A stretch of DNA of 52,406 nucleotides from Aplysia californica (taxonomy: Eukaryota), in NCBI RefSeq assembly GCF_000002075.1, contig NW_004797426.1, positions 392,998 to 445,403 on the forward strand, read 5' to 3'. The position numbers and the translations under genes are program-made. Shown here piece by piece: positions 24,801 through 37,522 of this stretch (its first letter is position 1; each line of letters begins with the position of its first letter). The notes beneath the pieces were generated by a model. The model saw nothing but the letters and a program-made list of their open reading frames with translations. It had not been told where the DNA came from and did not search any database.

Positions 24801-24975
24801 CACACACACACACACACATGAACCATTCAAAACATATCTATGCACACATACACCCTAACACACATCCACCCACTCGGATATCCTAAGCACACACCAAAAA
24901 ATGCACCAATACACTCCCACACTAAGATACAATATATCTACTCCACCCACACACACACACATTCCCGCACAGGTC

Positions 24976-27900
24976 CTACGAGTGCGTGTGTGAGATAATG
25001 AGCCAGCTGATGACGAAGTAGAACATGAACAGTGGGTACATGGCCAGGAGTTTCCTGCCCACCGGCTGACTTTCTGACAGGAAGGCCGTGGATGCTGAGG
25101 ACGTAAATTGTTAAAATTAAAGAAAGACAACCTCATACCACGAACTTTTAATTAAACAAGATTTTCCTGAAGGGGACAGTTAGATAATAGTCTTGCCTAC
25201 ACAAAATCATCGAGGGTCTTGACATCCTGAATTGCAAATACAGCATAACACGGATAGCTTGAATTCGTCAGGACCGGCCTCGGTAGTTCGAGGGATCCGT
25301 AGTCTGAGGGACATCTTACAAAGATAAAGAATTTTTTTAAAAATGGGACCGCAGGCACAGTTCGACGGATGTGTGATTTCGAGTCTTCTGCGTTCGACCT
25401 ATCCGTGTTATACTGGAAAAGCAACCAACAAGCCATTTCTAACTACCAAGAATGAGAGAGGGGTTAGTAGAGAGAAAAGAGGAAGTATAAAGTGGCGACG
25501 CCGAACCATTAGACGGTCTACAATGATAATGCGGTCTACCGTAAGTCACGCCTGAATGACCAGTCTACCTGATGGTCTACCGTGGTAATACTCTTTACCA
25601 TGAGGCTTGTACATGGTAATCTAAAACTATCACTCCCACACAGTGATGCACTATTTTCAAGAAATCCAAGGAGGCCAGCTATAATTTTCCTGTATAATAT
25701 GTTATGAGGAAATCTGGGATTGTGGGCAGTAGTGAGTGTGAGGCAACAACGGTCGATCTAGGGGCACAGGGGCGTTCATGTAGCTGTAGTCTTTGGTTGA
25801 TCTAGGCGGGAATGAATTCAACAAAGCATTCTTTTTCTTAAAGTGCCGAGACTGAACTAGACCTTGACCATGACCATCATGATATACCATCACTTTCTTT
25901 GTTCAGATGCCCTAAGAAAAAAAAAATGGTATCATCTTAATATTTACTGGTCTGCCATCTAATCATTCGAAGTATTTTGTATTACAAATACTTCATCGTT
26001 CGGCGGCTAGCAAAATTCCCCGAGTATTCTACAAAATCGGTGTCAACTTACCGAATGTAGACCATCCAAATCCCAGGATGACAAACAGGAATCTGACGAT
26101 GAAGACAGCCACCGAGTCGACGCTGACCGCCAGCAGGATGCGACAGATGACCAGGGCAATGGCCAGTGGAGACACACAGTAGCCCAACACACAGATGCTC
26201 TGGAAGAAAGATCTGGAAGAAAAAAGCAAAATTATTGCACAAGTTTCAAAACCCTTGAAAAGCAAGCATTTGAATTAGGTAAGGAGTTTACTAATTAGTG
26301 CACCAAAAATTGTATCATTTGTATTGATGGGAAATTCAACTCATTCAATTACAACTAGACAGGATAAGAAAACGTGTGAATTGAATTCGCAACTTTTACG
26401 AGCAATGGCAAAAGGCCTCACTGTAAGAGAGAGAGAAAAAAGAAAAAGGGGAGNNNNNNNNNNNNNNNNNNNNNNNNNNNNNNNNNNNNNNNNNNNNNNN
26501 NNNNNNNNNNNNNNNNNNNNNNNNNNNNNNNNNNNNNNNNNNNNNNNNNNNNNNNNNNNNNNNNNNNNNNNNNNNNNNNNNNNNNNNNNNNNNNNNNNNN
26601 NNNNNNNNNNNNNNNNNNNNNNNNNNNNNNNNNNNNNNNNNNNNNNNNNNNNNNNAGAGAACAAAAAGCTCACATGTTCCCCCCCAGCAGCTTGATGTTG
26701 AGCGTGACGACAGCGGCGCCCATCCAGTAGATGACAAACACTTCGGCAAACTGCGGCCCCCCGTCGTTGTTCTTCATCTCATCCACTTCCTCTGCGGATC
26801 CTTGGAGCATTCTGGTACACAAATGAAGGACACAAAGATCATACGAATCATAGATAGGGTTATCAAACAAATGTACAAGAGGCAACATTTTCAGGCTAAG
26901 GCTACACTACCTAAGACATCAATTTATTGGTGGGTAAATAGTTTAGCATACACACAGCAAATGTGCTCATATTGAATAGAATTTCAGGTCCTGAATGTAT
27001 AAAAATACATTTAAAAAAACAAAAAAACAAAAAAAAAACAAGTACATTGCGAAATTCAAACACAACAAAAAGATTTCCCGCGTTATATTGATTTTTCTCC
27101 CCTGGTGGTTTCATCTTAAATCAAATGCCAGTGAAACAAAAAAACAGATTTCTTAACCCAAATGGGTGCTTTACTTTTGACATCAGTACTTCTGGCATAA
27201 CTTAACTCACTTCAGACGGGTCACACAACAGTTGCGTGACCCCCGCCGCGACGCTCGCGACGGGTCTCACAAGCCCTGCGTGACCAACTTTGGAATTTTT
27301 TTTTCGCTCTACAAATCACGCACGGATCGCGAGACCCGCCTCGTACCCTTGTTTGGCCAAGCCTGAGCTACTTAGACTTCGTTTCGTATCTCTGGGGCCG
27401 GTAGTTTTTAAGTTATTGAAGGTGAAGGACAGTGACCCCAACTGGAGTTGAACAGACCGGAACTCGCGCTTTGTTTTTTTCTATACAGCTGATAGTAATC
27501 CGACAGTCGCGTCGTAGTAACGGTCGAAGAAGTCGCATGAACAAGAATCACATAATTTCGCCGTTTTCTATACTTCTGTACGTTTTACTAGTTCTAGTGT
27601 CTCAGAATATGATGTGTCTAATAGTTAGGATCCTGGATATGTACCCGAACACGCCCGAGTCGTAGTTCTAGGGCTAGATCTAGTACTAGTACCGGTGTTG
27701 TTTTTCGTGCAACGAAATCACGTCGTGCTGTACATCTGTCTCATGTAATTCAGTGTATGGGTCTGAATCAATGCACAGACCAGCTTTTATATTTTCACCA
27801 AACACTCGCACATGTATGCAAATCAAACCAGAACACTTTGAACTTTTATTTTTGTTGTTGCAGTGAATTTCATTCTACTTGTCACGTCCCTGGAAATTTT

Positions 27901-30900
27901 TCGGAAAATCATTTTCATGCCAATTTTAAAAAAATCATACAAATTAAAGTATTAGACTTAGACAACTTTAGTTTTTTGTATTAGATTAAGCTTGAATGTT
28001 ACTTTACTGTGTCAAAAAATGATTACAATAGGGTGATTCTGAGAGTTGTGGTGATTTATTGAAATACCCCCAAAAACGCCAGTCTTCAATGCTTGTGACT
28101 GGTGAAAGGGCCCAGTCGCAAGTGAGTTAATAGATAGATCTAGCATCTCTTCAGAAATACTTTGAGAGCTCCATAAACAAAAATACTGCACAAATCAAAA
28201 TTGCTCAAATTAAACCATAACAACGAAAAAATAATTTTAGTAGAGGTTTTACGGCGCTCGCAACTGCATAAGGTCATATGAGCGCCAGAAGATTAGAGGC
28301 GTTATAAGAGAGTAACAAACGTAAAAAAGAAGAAGGGGAGATAAGGACGATAGATGTTTGATAGGAAAGGAGGAGCAAAACACACCAGAACACCCGCTAA
28401 CCACCCATGAACAAATTGAAAGAGAGGAAAAAACCCCCCCCAACTCACATGGCCAGGAAAGTGCAGAGTACGAGAGGTCCCCAGAGATCCCCTGAGGAAA
28501 ATACAGGACAAAGTTTGGCACAGTCCAACAGAGACAGCTTTCTGTACCAACATTACTCAAACCCTTTTAGATTCGGCTCATTTTAAAACTAAATAAGAAA
28601 TAAACTGCCAAAGCAAATTTTAAAAAATATATTATATATATCAAGCATTTTTACACTGTAATTAGAATGTTCATAAATTATTATACCCATTATTGTAGAC
28701 GTACCATGATTTTCTGCTTTGTGTTGCCATATCCTTTTGCAAAAAAGTTAAAAATGAAGCAAAAATCTTCAACAAATAGTATATCAGAATATAGATCCAA
28801 CTTATAATGAATGCCTCAAATTTTAGAAAGAAAACGTACTGAATTTCATCATCATTATCATCATCACTGTCATCATCACTGTCATCATTGCCTTTCTTAC
28901 CCTGCTCCAGGGTATAGAGGCCACAAACAAACACTTTCCACCTTTCTCTAACCTGGGCTCTTGGTGTTATTCCAAGTACTGAATTTACAAACAATAATTT
29001 AAAGAAACCCCCCCCCCAAAAAAACAACAACCCATTCTTAAAGTACACACTGAAAATGTTGCAATTTCCTAAATCATAGTGAAAGTGCTAGCATGAGAGC
29101 AGTTAGAAGAACAATGTTTAAGAACTATCAACAAGAGCCAAATATTTTGACCGATGTAATGATGTAATGGCAGAGACATGCAATCTGAGGGAACAAAATG
29201 GTATGATTATGATCCTTACATTCTTTCAGCAGGACTGAGCTTTTCTTGGGGATCAAAACGTGCCAAAACTTGTTCCCCACAGCCCTCAAGTCTCTCAACT
29301 GAAACAGAAATTTTAAATTTAATAAAAAATATCACATATGAAGGACCTTCTTACACAGAAATTGGTAATAAGGAATGGGAAACAATAGTAAAGCTCTAGA
29401 AAACAAAGAATGTGTTTCATAGAAGGGTTTCATAGCAAAATGCACTACATTACATACATATTGAAAATAAAACCCCTCCAAACACACATGTCACATTAGA
29501 GCTAAAGCAGGTGATTGTTCACTTACTATCATAATACAATAGATTTGATTCAGTATCAAACACTAGGTAATAAGAAAGGATGAAATTTGGTGAAACACAA
29601 AAAACCAACAAGCCAGCATCTGAACAACAAAAATTTATCTTAGAAATCTTATCTCTATACTTGTTCAGAAATGTTATCTCTATACTTGTTCAGAAATGTT
29701 ATCTCTATACTTGTTCAGAAATGTTATCTCTATACTTGTTCAGAAATGTTATCTCTATACTTGTTCAGAAATGTTATCTCTATTAATTAAGCCATTTCAA
29801 TCTGCAACTGTCTGTATGACAGAACACTGGATAGTGCCACATGAGCTCAGTTACAAAAAAAAAACAGACTGAGGAATGTTCTTGTAACACTTTACTTTAC
29901 TGATTCAGCGGCCATTTGGGTTCCAGCCCTTCGGTCTGTCGATATGGCAAAGAATTTACAGGTTTTAATCAGCTCTGCTTCGTCGCTGTATAGAGCATTT
30001 CCGATGTCTGGGGAGGCAGGTAGGTAGGTGTTCTTGTAACACTAACACTTACAATGGTGATTCTGACAGGTTCATCTAGGGTAGAGAGTTCATCGTCTGA
30101 CTTGGCAGCGCCGGGCACGTCAATGTCTCCCTCAAGAGGGACATCAACCACCTGAGAATTCAAAATTGATTCTTCATATATATATTAGTTTTAGTTTTAG
30201 TAACAGTTTTACAGCACTTGCAACACAATCAGGTAAGTGCTGAAGATTAAAGGTGTTTATGAGAGAGTAACAAACATAAAAAAGGAGGAGAGAAAGGACG
30301 ATTGACATAAGTCTTATATATAGCTTCACAAAACTGGCTCCTATGAAACAGTTCTCACAACCTAACATGACACGTGCCAGATATATCAAACCTACTCTAT
30401 AGTCTATAAATTTCTATGGAGTTAGGCCAGGACCACTTCTCCCGAAGAGAGCCTAGCAGGGATATAGTTACACGTTTTGCAGCATGCCGGAGGCCTTATT
30501 TCATTTTCAATACAAGTTCAAACCCCCTTTCCCCACTCTCACCCAACAAATGCAAAAGAACCACCATAATTGAAAGTATAAAAAGTTTTTAGGGAAATAA
30601 AAATAAAATAAGGTAGCCTAAACAACGACTCGCGTGTAGAGTGAAATCAGGTGAATGAAACATAATAATATTATAATAGAGCATAGATGATACAGCAGCT
30701 CAGCAGAGCGATGGTATTCACCGGCATTGTAGTCTAATTGTGAGCCTTGCCATCCTTATTGAGGTTGATGAAGGATTCTGAACTGTCAAGTTTTGACATC
30801 TCACTTTTCTTTTAATAATTTTAAAGATACAAAATACAATACTAGATCTAGATCTAGATTCTACAACTAGATCTACAATACTAGAATCTGGATCTAGATC

Positions 30901-31192
30901 TATAACAATGTTTACTTTAAGCCTAAGCAGGCTACTTTTACTTTTTAAGTTTATTTATTTTTTGTGTACTGTTGTACTGTGTGTAGTGTAGGCTCGTCTG
31001 GACTTTTATTTTGCGATTATATTACATTCAAAGTCAAAGGAGAACACTTCTCTAAAGTTTCAGAATATTCCTTGAAAACGACCATTTAATCTTTGCTGAT
31101 CTGACAGGAACAAAACTCAAACCATTCTTGGAAAAAGAGCATGGTGAAAAGTTTACCTCGTCATGGAAATCAACTGTGCCCACGTCAGCCAT
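24976..31192 (-). CDS. YIPF6: Protein YIPF6 (Yip1 domain), 224 aa; complement(join(24976..25094,26052..26212,26674..26811,28449..28491,29220..29298,30053..30151,31157..31192))
   Basis: Seven exons, GT-AG and phase-consistent (675 nt). Motifs STLDEPVRITILRDLRAVG, WDLWGPL, GGPQFAEVF, VTLNIKLLGGNISFFQSICVLGYC, LAMYPLFMFYFVISWL. Confidence 0.95.
27206..28126. mobile_element. Non-autonomous DNA transposon with TTAA target duplication (piggyBac-like) in a YIPF6 intron
   Basis: TTAA|ctcacttcagacggg ... cccagtcgcaagtgag|TTAA; CpG-rich interior; no transposase ORF. Confidence 0.6.
29649..29783 (+). repeat. 25-bp tandem repeat, ~5.4 copies (ttatctctatacttgttcagaaatg)
   Basis: Direct inspection. Confidence 0.9.
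29892..30028 (-). mobile_element. 137-bp 5'-truncated retro-insertion with 15-bp TSD
   Basis: tgttcttgtaacact at 29877-29891 and 30029-30043; (GTAAA)-type tail; reads PDIGNALYSDEAELIKTCKFF, like a LINE ORF2 end. Confidence 0.65.
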
Positions 31193-31452
31193 GTTGTTGA
31201 TACGACAACATCAGTCAGCGATTGCTTCCCCTGTCAGAAACGAGCAGCACAAATTTGTGTAAAAATCCGCAAACCCTTCCACTGTTTTTCGTGCAGCTAT
31301 CATAGCTCCTCGGTGAAAAAATAAGCACCGGAAATTCTGGGTGGGAGGACCGAAATACAAAGGCGTGTCTCTCGGGGCTATCATATTTCTGTCGTCATCA
31401 CTTGGGGGTTCGATCCGTGAGAATACCAGGGATCAGGCAGATATCAACAAGC
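31193..31452. promoter_or_regulatory. Bidirectional promoter region YIPF6/CCDC134
   Basis: 260 bp between divergent ATGs; CpG-containing; ETS-like ccggaaat at ~31328. Confidence 0.65.
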
Positions 31453-34400
31453 ATGTACTTTCACATCATTCTGGCGGCTGCTTTTCTTTTTGTTGTGTCA
31501 GGAGAAGCAGACATACCCGCTGACATGCACAGTAGTACTGCTGCAGGGGGAGAAACAGAAAGCGAAAGTAGCGGCCTTGATTCCGAAAAGAGTGAAGAAT
31601 CTGTCCCTTCGACGGGTGAAGCAAGCGGTTCTCAAGTGAACCTATCTCCGTTTGAAAAGTGTATCCTTGTGTATTTTAAGACGATCTTAATATTTTTAAC
31701 TCGAGCTTTAATAGCAAAAGTAATTTACTGTTTGTTTGATAAAATCAGCTTGAGGGCTAATTGATTAATAATTCGATCCTTACTGATTAATTGTTGCTTA
31801 GTTATTATGACTGTTGCCCTTACAGTGAGTGATAACTTAAGTAAAGGGAAATTGTTTATTTTGTGAAGAAGGAACACATGTAACAGTTGTACTGCACTTA
31901 CTTCCTTTTCAAACTCCACTTTTTTTCTGTTTTATATTATGCTTTTTCTGTGTAACAATATATTCAATACAAAATATGCAGAAATCTGAAATGGTCCCCT
32001 TCAAAATCATCACGGAGGAAGAACCCTTTGTATGGACTCTACCTAGACTCTAGTACTCAGGTCTTAAAACTACATATTTTTATGCTACAGTGTATTCTAC
32101 TCCCTTAGCCCTAACGATAGGAAGGCCCTCCATCACCTTGTTGCTAAAATTATTAACGGGCTTTGTCTTTGTCTTAGAGTATGATCATGTTTCAATTTTT
32201 TTTCTTTTAAATCCTTAACTCTTCAAAGATAAACGTCTGTTTAATGAACACAGGTCGAGACAGCTGGAAGCTGTGAAATCCATTCTTAATTTTGGAGATG
32301 AAAAGCAGAGATATGAACTTATTAATGTGATGTTGAAACAACTCTTCAAGGTAAAACAAAATTGATTTAATACCGTCGAACCTTCTCGAACAGCCACACC
32401 TGTATTAGACAAACTCCTGTACGAAGACGACTTCCTATCCCCCCCCCCCCCTTTCATTTTCTTTTATATTACAGTGACGCTGCTGTGTAAAATTGTCATT
32501 TACCCCCACTGGACCCCCTTACAAAGATTATACGAGGGGAATTGTTTGAGACGGCCACCCATTGTTGAGGAGAACAGAGGCTGTCTTAAACAATTCCAAC
32601 TGTATCTTGTAGGAGGGATCCAGGCTTTACTTCAGCAACAAGTGTCTTTTTGAGAACCATCGTCACATTTCACAATTGGACAATATCGACTGTATTTTGT
32701 TTTATTCGAACATGGTTTTAAAAGCCACTGTATACAGAACTTGAGTTTGTTCTCCTTGTTGGGTGTGTGTATTGTTCTAATGGTGTTTGCATGGGTGCTG
32801 AAGATAGTAAATGAGGTTTCAAATGTACTTGTCTTTTTCATAAAACTGAACTTACTTACCTTGAATCTATTTAGGACTGAGAGTTCTTGCACAGACAAAT
32901 ATTCTAACAAAAATTGTAGTTGCCGTACCTCTAGAATGCCTTCCATCATGTGCAGAAGTGTGTGTTTTCCTTTGCAGAAAGACAATTTTCTCCGTTTGTT
33001 ATGTTGATGTCAAAGAAAAGTCTTTTTTATTGGACCTCCTAATGAGTGAACGTTCCAGTCAGCACCAGTTGTTGGATGCTTTTTTGAAGTTTAAAGGAAA
33101 ATGAGAAATTGATGCTATAAAATTATTTGTTTCTCCCATGATATTTATTGGAGTAGTTGCAAGGCTCTTACTCTCTATGAGATCATGTAAAGAGTAGTGT
33201 GAAAATTCTTCTTTTCTGAAAAAATATTTTCTGTGATTCCGTGATATTGTTTTGTCTTGTCATTTTTCTGATTAAGATTTATTTGAGGAAGTTTTTAAAA
33301 GGACTATCTCTAATTTTAAAAATGTTTGAAATTGTTAAGTCAATGAGATTGTTATTGTCTTTCACAATTTCCAAATTGAGTTAATGATTTTGATATGAAC
33401 GTGTATAAAAAAATAAATACGCTTAACTCTTTTTCAGACAATCGAGCAGGCTAAGGTAAATCTGACAATGTCTGGATTTCTGCCGGGAGATCCTTTCCCC
33501 GAGAATGACACCGTCAGGGATTGTAAGTTGTGTCAGATCACTTTGATAATAATGTATAATGTATTATAGAATGGCTACTACTTAATCCCTGTGTCATTCC
33601 CCTTCCCCCCCCCCCAACAGTTACAAAAAGATCCACTGTCTACTGACAGGAAGTACACCCTCTCTAAGATTGTTGTATTGTTTACATCGATGGCAAGGGA
33701 CCCTCTGAAGTAGGTAGGAAAAGTGGCCAGATGCATAAAAATCAGTTGCACTGCAGGTTGAAAAACCAACAGTTATTTAAAGTTGAGATTTAGCAGTGGA
33801 AAGCAAGAGGAAGAAGACTAATTTACAATCTTATTTTATTAACTTCATTTTGGTATTTGGTTTCAGCTCTGTGTTTGTCCGGTGGGTACCATTGCGCGAC
33901 GCCAGCGCTTTCTTGTTGAATGTCCATTTTTAATAACAGTGAAAATAGTTCATAACAAAGAGTGAGCTTTAGAAAACGAAACGTTTTCACTGTAAAAAAA
34001 TGGAGATACGACAAGAAAGCACTGAGGTCATGATTGGTAGGTCCTACTTTTTTTCTTTTCCTCTTTTGTTTCTGCCTATCTGTCTTACCTCTTCCTTGTA
34101 CTATATATGACAGTTATTGTGTTGATGTATTTCTCTTTACTCCAGTGGGTGGTTGGCGGGTGCTCTGGTGTGGTTTCTCCTTCTTTCCTATCAAACGTCT
34201 ATCGTCCTTATCTCCCCTTCTTCTTTTTTATGTTTGTTACTCTCTTGAAACACCTCTAATCTTCTGGCGCTCATATGACCTTATACAGTTGCGAGCGTCG
34301 AAAAACCTCAACTAATCTTTACTCCAACTCAAAACTGAACTAACTGTGTTTGCCCCCCCCCCCCAGATGTGTCGAAAGTGTTGGAGAACACGGCCATGTT

Positions 34401-36638
34401 TGGCGACATGGTTCTCCGCCTGCCCGACCTGGTTCACGACCTCTACGACCGACAGCGGGAGTGGCAACTGCTGCTAGCCTGGAGCTACGGCTTCTGCACG
34501 CAGTCCGGCGCCTTCGAGGGACCCAATGAGCAGCTGCTGCATTTGGTGAGTACCCCGTTTGTATTTGTTTGTAGACCCACCAAATACCTGATAAAATTGG
34601 AGGAGCTCTGTAGGTGGTTGGCGGGTGCTCTGGTGTGGTTTGCTCCTTCTTTCCTATCAAACAACTATCGTCTTTATCTCTCCTCCTTCTTTTTTGTGTT
34701 TGTTACTCTCTTGTAACACCTCTAATCTTTGGCACTTATATGACGTTATTTTGTTGCAAGTGCCGTAAAACTCTTACTAAAACTTAACTAAAATATCGGA
34801 GCTCTCTTATGTTTTTTTTACCATTGAAGAGCTCTGATAAGATTTTTGTACAATCTGAATTTTTTTCTTGAATTCGGCTTCTGTCAGGTCATATGTGAGG
34901 TATATATATGCTGTCTAGTATATGGGTGGTGAACATGCACATAGAGAGTAGATGTTCAAATTCCAAATTTTTTCTTTCATGTATATTTTTAAAATTTAAA
35001 ACATGTAAATTGGCCTACATTGTTCTTATCAAAAATATTTCTGCTTCCTGCTGGGGAAAGAAAGTGGAGATGAAAGCTGATGACAGATTATGTTTAGCTG
35101 TCAGGTTTTGAACCTGGGATCTATTGAATGAGAAGTGAAGACCTTACCTCTTGATCACGAGAGCCCCCGAAGCGGCCCTCATTTCATCATGCAACGCGAT
35201 ACTTCTTTTGATTTCTGACGTCCAGTGGTTGGGTGACTGGGGATGAGGGCTCTTGAACTTCCCTGTCAAGCTTTGTGATTTTCAGAACGGAGAACTTGGT
35301 CAGAACGGAGAACTTGTTTCTAATCTGAGACATGATTTTTCAAGTTTTTGTTTTTTTGTCTCTACAGATGGCTCAGGAAGTGGGCATTATAGCAATGGAT
35401 CCAAATTATGTGAACCCCTTTAAAGCTGCAAATCAAAAGGTAAAGTGAAAATGTGTCTCACTGCCAAATAAATTGTATGCATAAAAAAAAAATTGTTTTC
35501 TCTTGTTTATTTAGAGTGGGGGTGTGATATGTTTGCAACTCTGATCTCTGGTAATTTTTGTAAAAACTGAAAATGTGTTGTGTGTCTTTTATGCAGGAAG
35601 CCTGTCAATTTTTCCATGACAGTTGAACGTAATATAGATGTTACTTTATATATATGTATTTACCGTTTTACCAATTGTTGGCATTTTACATAATATATTT
35701 ATCATACTTTTATTGATATTTAAAAAAACATTTTTGTCTTTGACCTCTGTTGCAAAGGAACTGGATTTGAATCCTTATAAGGCCTTTTCCGCCATACTGT
35801 TGTTCTTTTTAGTTTCTTTTCCCAAGCTCCTGATGTTTTTTATTCAGAGATAGGAACTGGACAAGTTCTTTGATCTTTCCTGTGAGATGACCTGTATTGT
35901 GATGCCTTGTTTAAGGTTATTTAACACAAACAAACAAACAAACAAACAAACAAACAAACAAACAAAAGAACAGGTTGATTGCCGATGTTGGTTTTATGGA
36001 GATAAGTCTTCACTCCCTATTACTTTACTCACTGAATGTAAAAACGTCTTTGTCTGTAAAACTTTGTCTGTCTTTCTGCTGTCCTTAACTCTATATGTTC
36101 CCCTGTCATGCACCCTCATCAAAAGTGGCACATCAAAGACTCAACGGCAGTGACATGTCTCTTTTTAATCATTTCGAAATGCTTTTGATAACCCTTGAGG
36201 CATTTTTATATTATAATCATCCTAATGGATCAATTTCTTTTTATATATATCGTCAGCAAGCTGTTAAAATGTTCTATCCCTGAAAGCAAAATTTTATAGG
36301 AGAGAGAAAAAAATTGTTTAATTCTTTTTACATTTATAATTACGTTATGTACTTTTTCGTACTCTTTTTAACTTAAAGAATGTGAATTTTGACAAAATAT
36401 TTCTTGAACACACGCAGAAATACCACAAATGAAGAAATTGCAATGAGAAAAAAATAAAAATTTTATGGGCGGCTTGGTATAGTTTAAAAAATTGTGAAAT
36501 CCCATCTATAGAAATGTTTGTGAATGTCTGTTTGCTTTTTATTTGCAGAAGAAACGATATGAGGAGCCGGCCAAACCTGCGAAGAAAAAGCAGAAGAAAA
36601 TAAGACGAGGCCCAAGGTTGAGCCACTCAGAGTTGTAG
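31453..36638 (+). CDS. CCDC134: CCDC134 (ER-luminal), 251 aa; join(31453..31660,32229..32350,33438..33522,34367..34545,35368..35439,36549..36638)
   Basis: Signal peptide; YKRLF..R.RQLEAVK, VMLKQLFK, PGDPFP, VLENTAMFGDMVLRLP, MAQEVGI...NYVNPFK; C-terminus RRGPRLSHSEL (KDEL-like); phases consistent (756 nt). Confidence 0.93.
31661..32228 (+). other. U12-type (minor spliceosome) GT-AG intron, CCDC134 intron 1
   Basis: 5' site GTATCCTT; branch point TCCTTAAC at 32212-32219 just before the AG; the join restores TAT (Tyr) in frame. Confidence 0.9.
34146..34315 (+). mobile_element. Representative of an abundant ~170-bp SINE-like / LINE-3'-end element (15 or more full or partial copies)
   Basis: gggtggttggcgggtgctctggtgtggttt...cctatcaaac...cacctctaatctt..ggcgctc..gagcgccgtaaaac, then a ctaaaa-type tail. 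Approximate other copies: 5889, 11085, 14008, 14420(-), 14563, 14857, 17200(-), 17337, 21886(-), 28235(-), 30186(-), 34611, 37905, 38856, 39942, 42933. Confidence 0.8.
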
Positions 36639-37309
36639 CCGAGTGATGGGGGGGGCGACGAAGTGTTGAGATGGATGTTTTCCTGTGCTTTTGTCGACTG
36701 TGCGACTGTTTGTGTGTTTTACTTACTGCATGTGAAATCTTGGGGGGGAAAAGTAGTGGACCATGTTTTTCATATGAAAAAGTTTTCCACACGTTGATCC
36801 CAGCACGTCTGAACTGCACCTGTCTCAAATGTTTTGAAGTATACTATATTCTATATCATATATGTAATATATGCGCTCCCTTGTTACGTAAAGCCAAATT
36901 CCTGTTCAGTTATTATTGCATCCTTGATTTTTAGCTTACTGAAGATTGTACATATATATATTTGTTCTTTGAGTGTTGCTGAATTATTTTCGGAGAGTTC
37001 ATGAAAGATAACGGTTAACTGATATAATATGTGTACGTGAGTTGTATTGAGTTTCTTTTCATCTGATTGTTGACGATTTTATAGTGCTTTTCCCCATAGT
37101 TCTTTCTTATATGTATGTATATATACAGGTGGGCCATTTGCTTGTGGTCACATTATTAATTATCGATGGCTTTGTTGATTGATTATTACTTCCTTGTGGC
37201 GGGATGTACTGACTAAGCTATGAGTGAGCCATACTTGTTTTTCCTTCTGTTGTGTAAATTTCTCTGTGCCCTCCTGCCTTTTTTTTCTTTTTTTTTCTTT
37301 CTTTTTGGT

Positions 37310-37522
37310 GGCGTCGGTAGCCTAGTGGTTAGGCTACCGGACTCGTAATCGTGAGATAGCGGGTTCGGGGGTTCGAGCCTCAGCTCGGTCCGACGTTGTG
37401 TCCTTGGGAATGGCACTTTACACGAACTTCCCACATGGCTCGGTCCCATCGGAGACGGACGTTAAATTAGGAGGTCCCCGCCTTTTAAATAACCTAATAG
37501 TCTTGATAGGGGCGTTAAACTC
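37310..37522 (+). mobile_element. SINE with the same tRNA head but a different 3' body
   Basis: ggcgtcggtagcctagtggttaggct...cgacgttgtgtccttgggaatggcactttacacgaac, then diverges (ggagacggacgttaaattaggaggtcccc). Confidence 0.65.

Noticed and set aside
23994-24821. 275-aa RNase H ORF as a host gene
   Set aside because: Contiguous with frameshifted RT sequence, has no true start and runs into (CA)n; a LINE relic.
30670-30805. Possible intronic snoRNA in YIPF6 intron 1
   Set aside because: No convincing C/D or H/ACA boxes with terminal stems.
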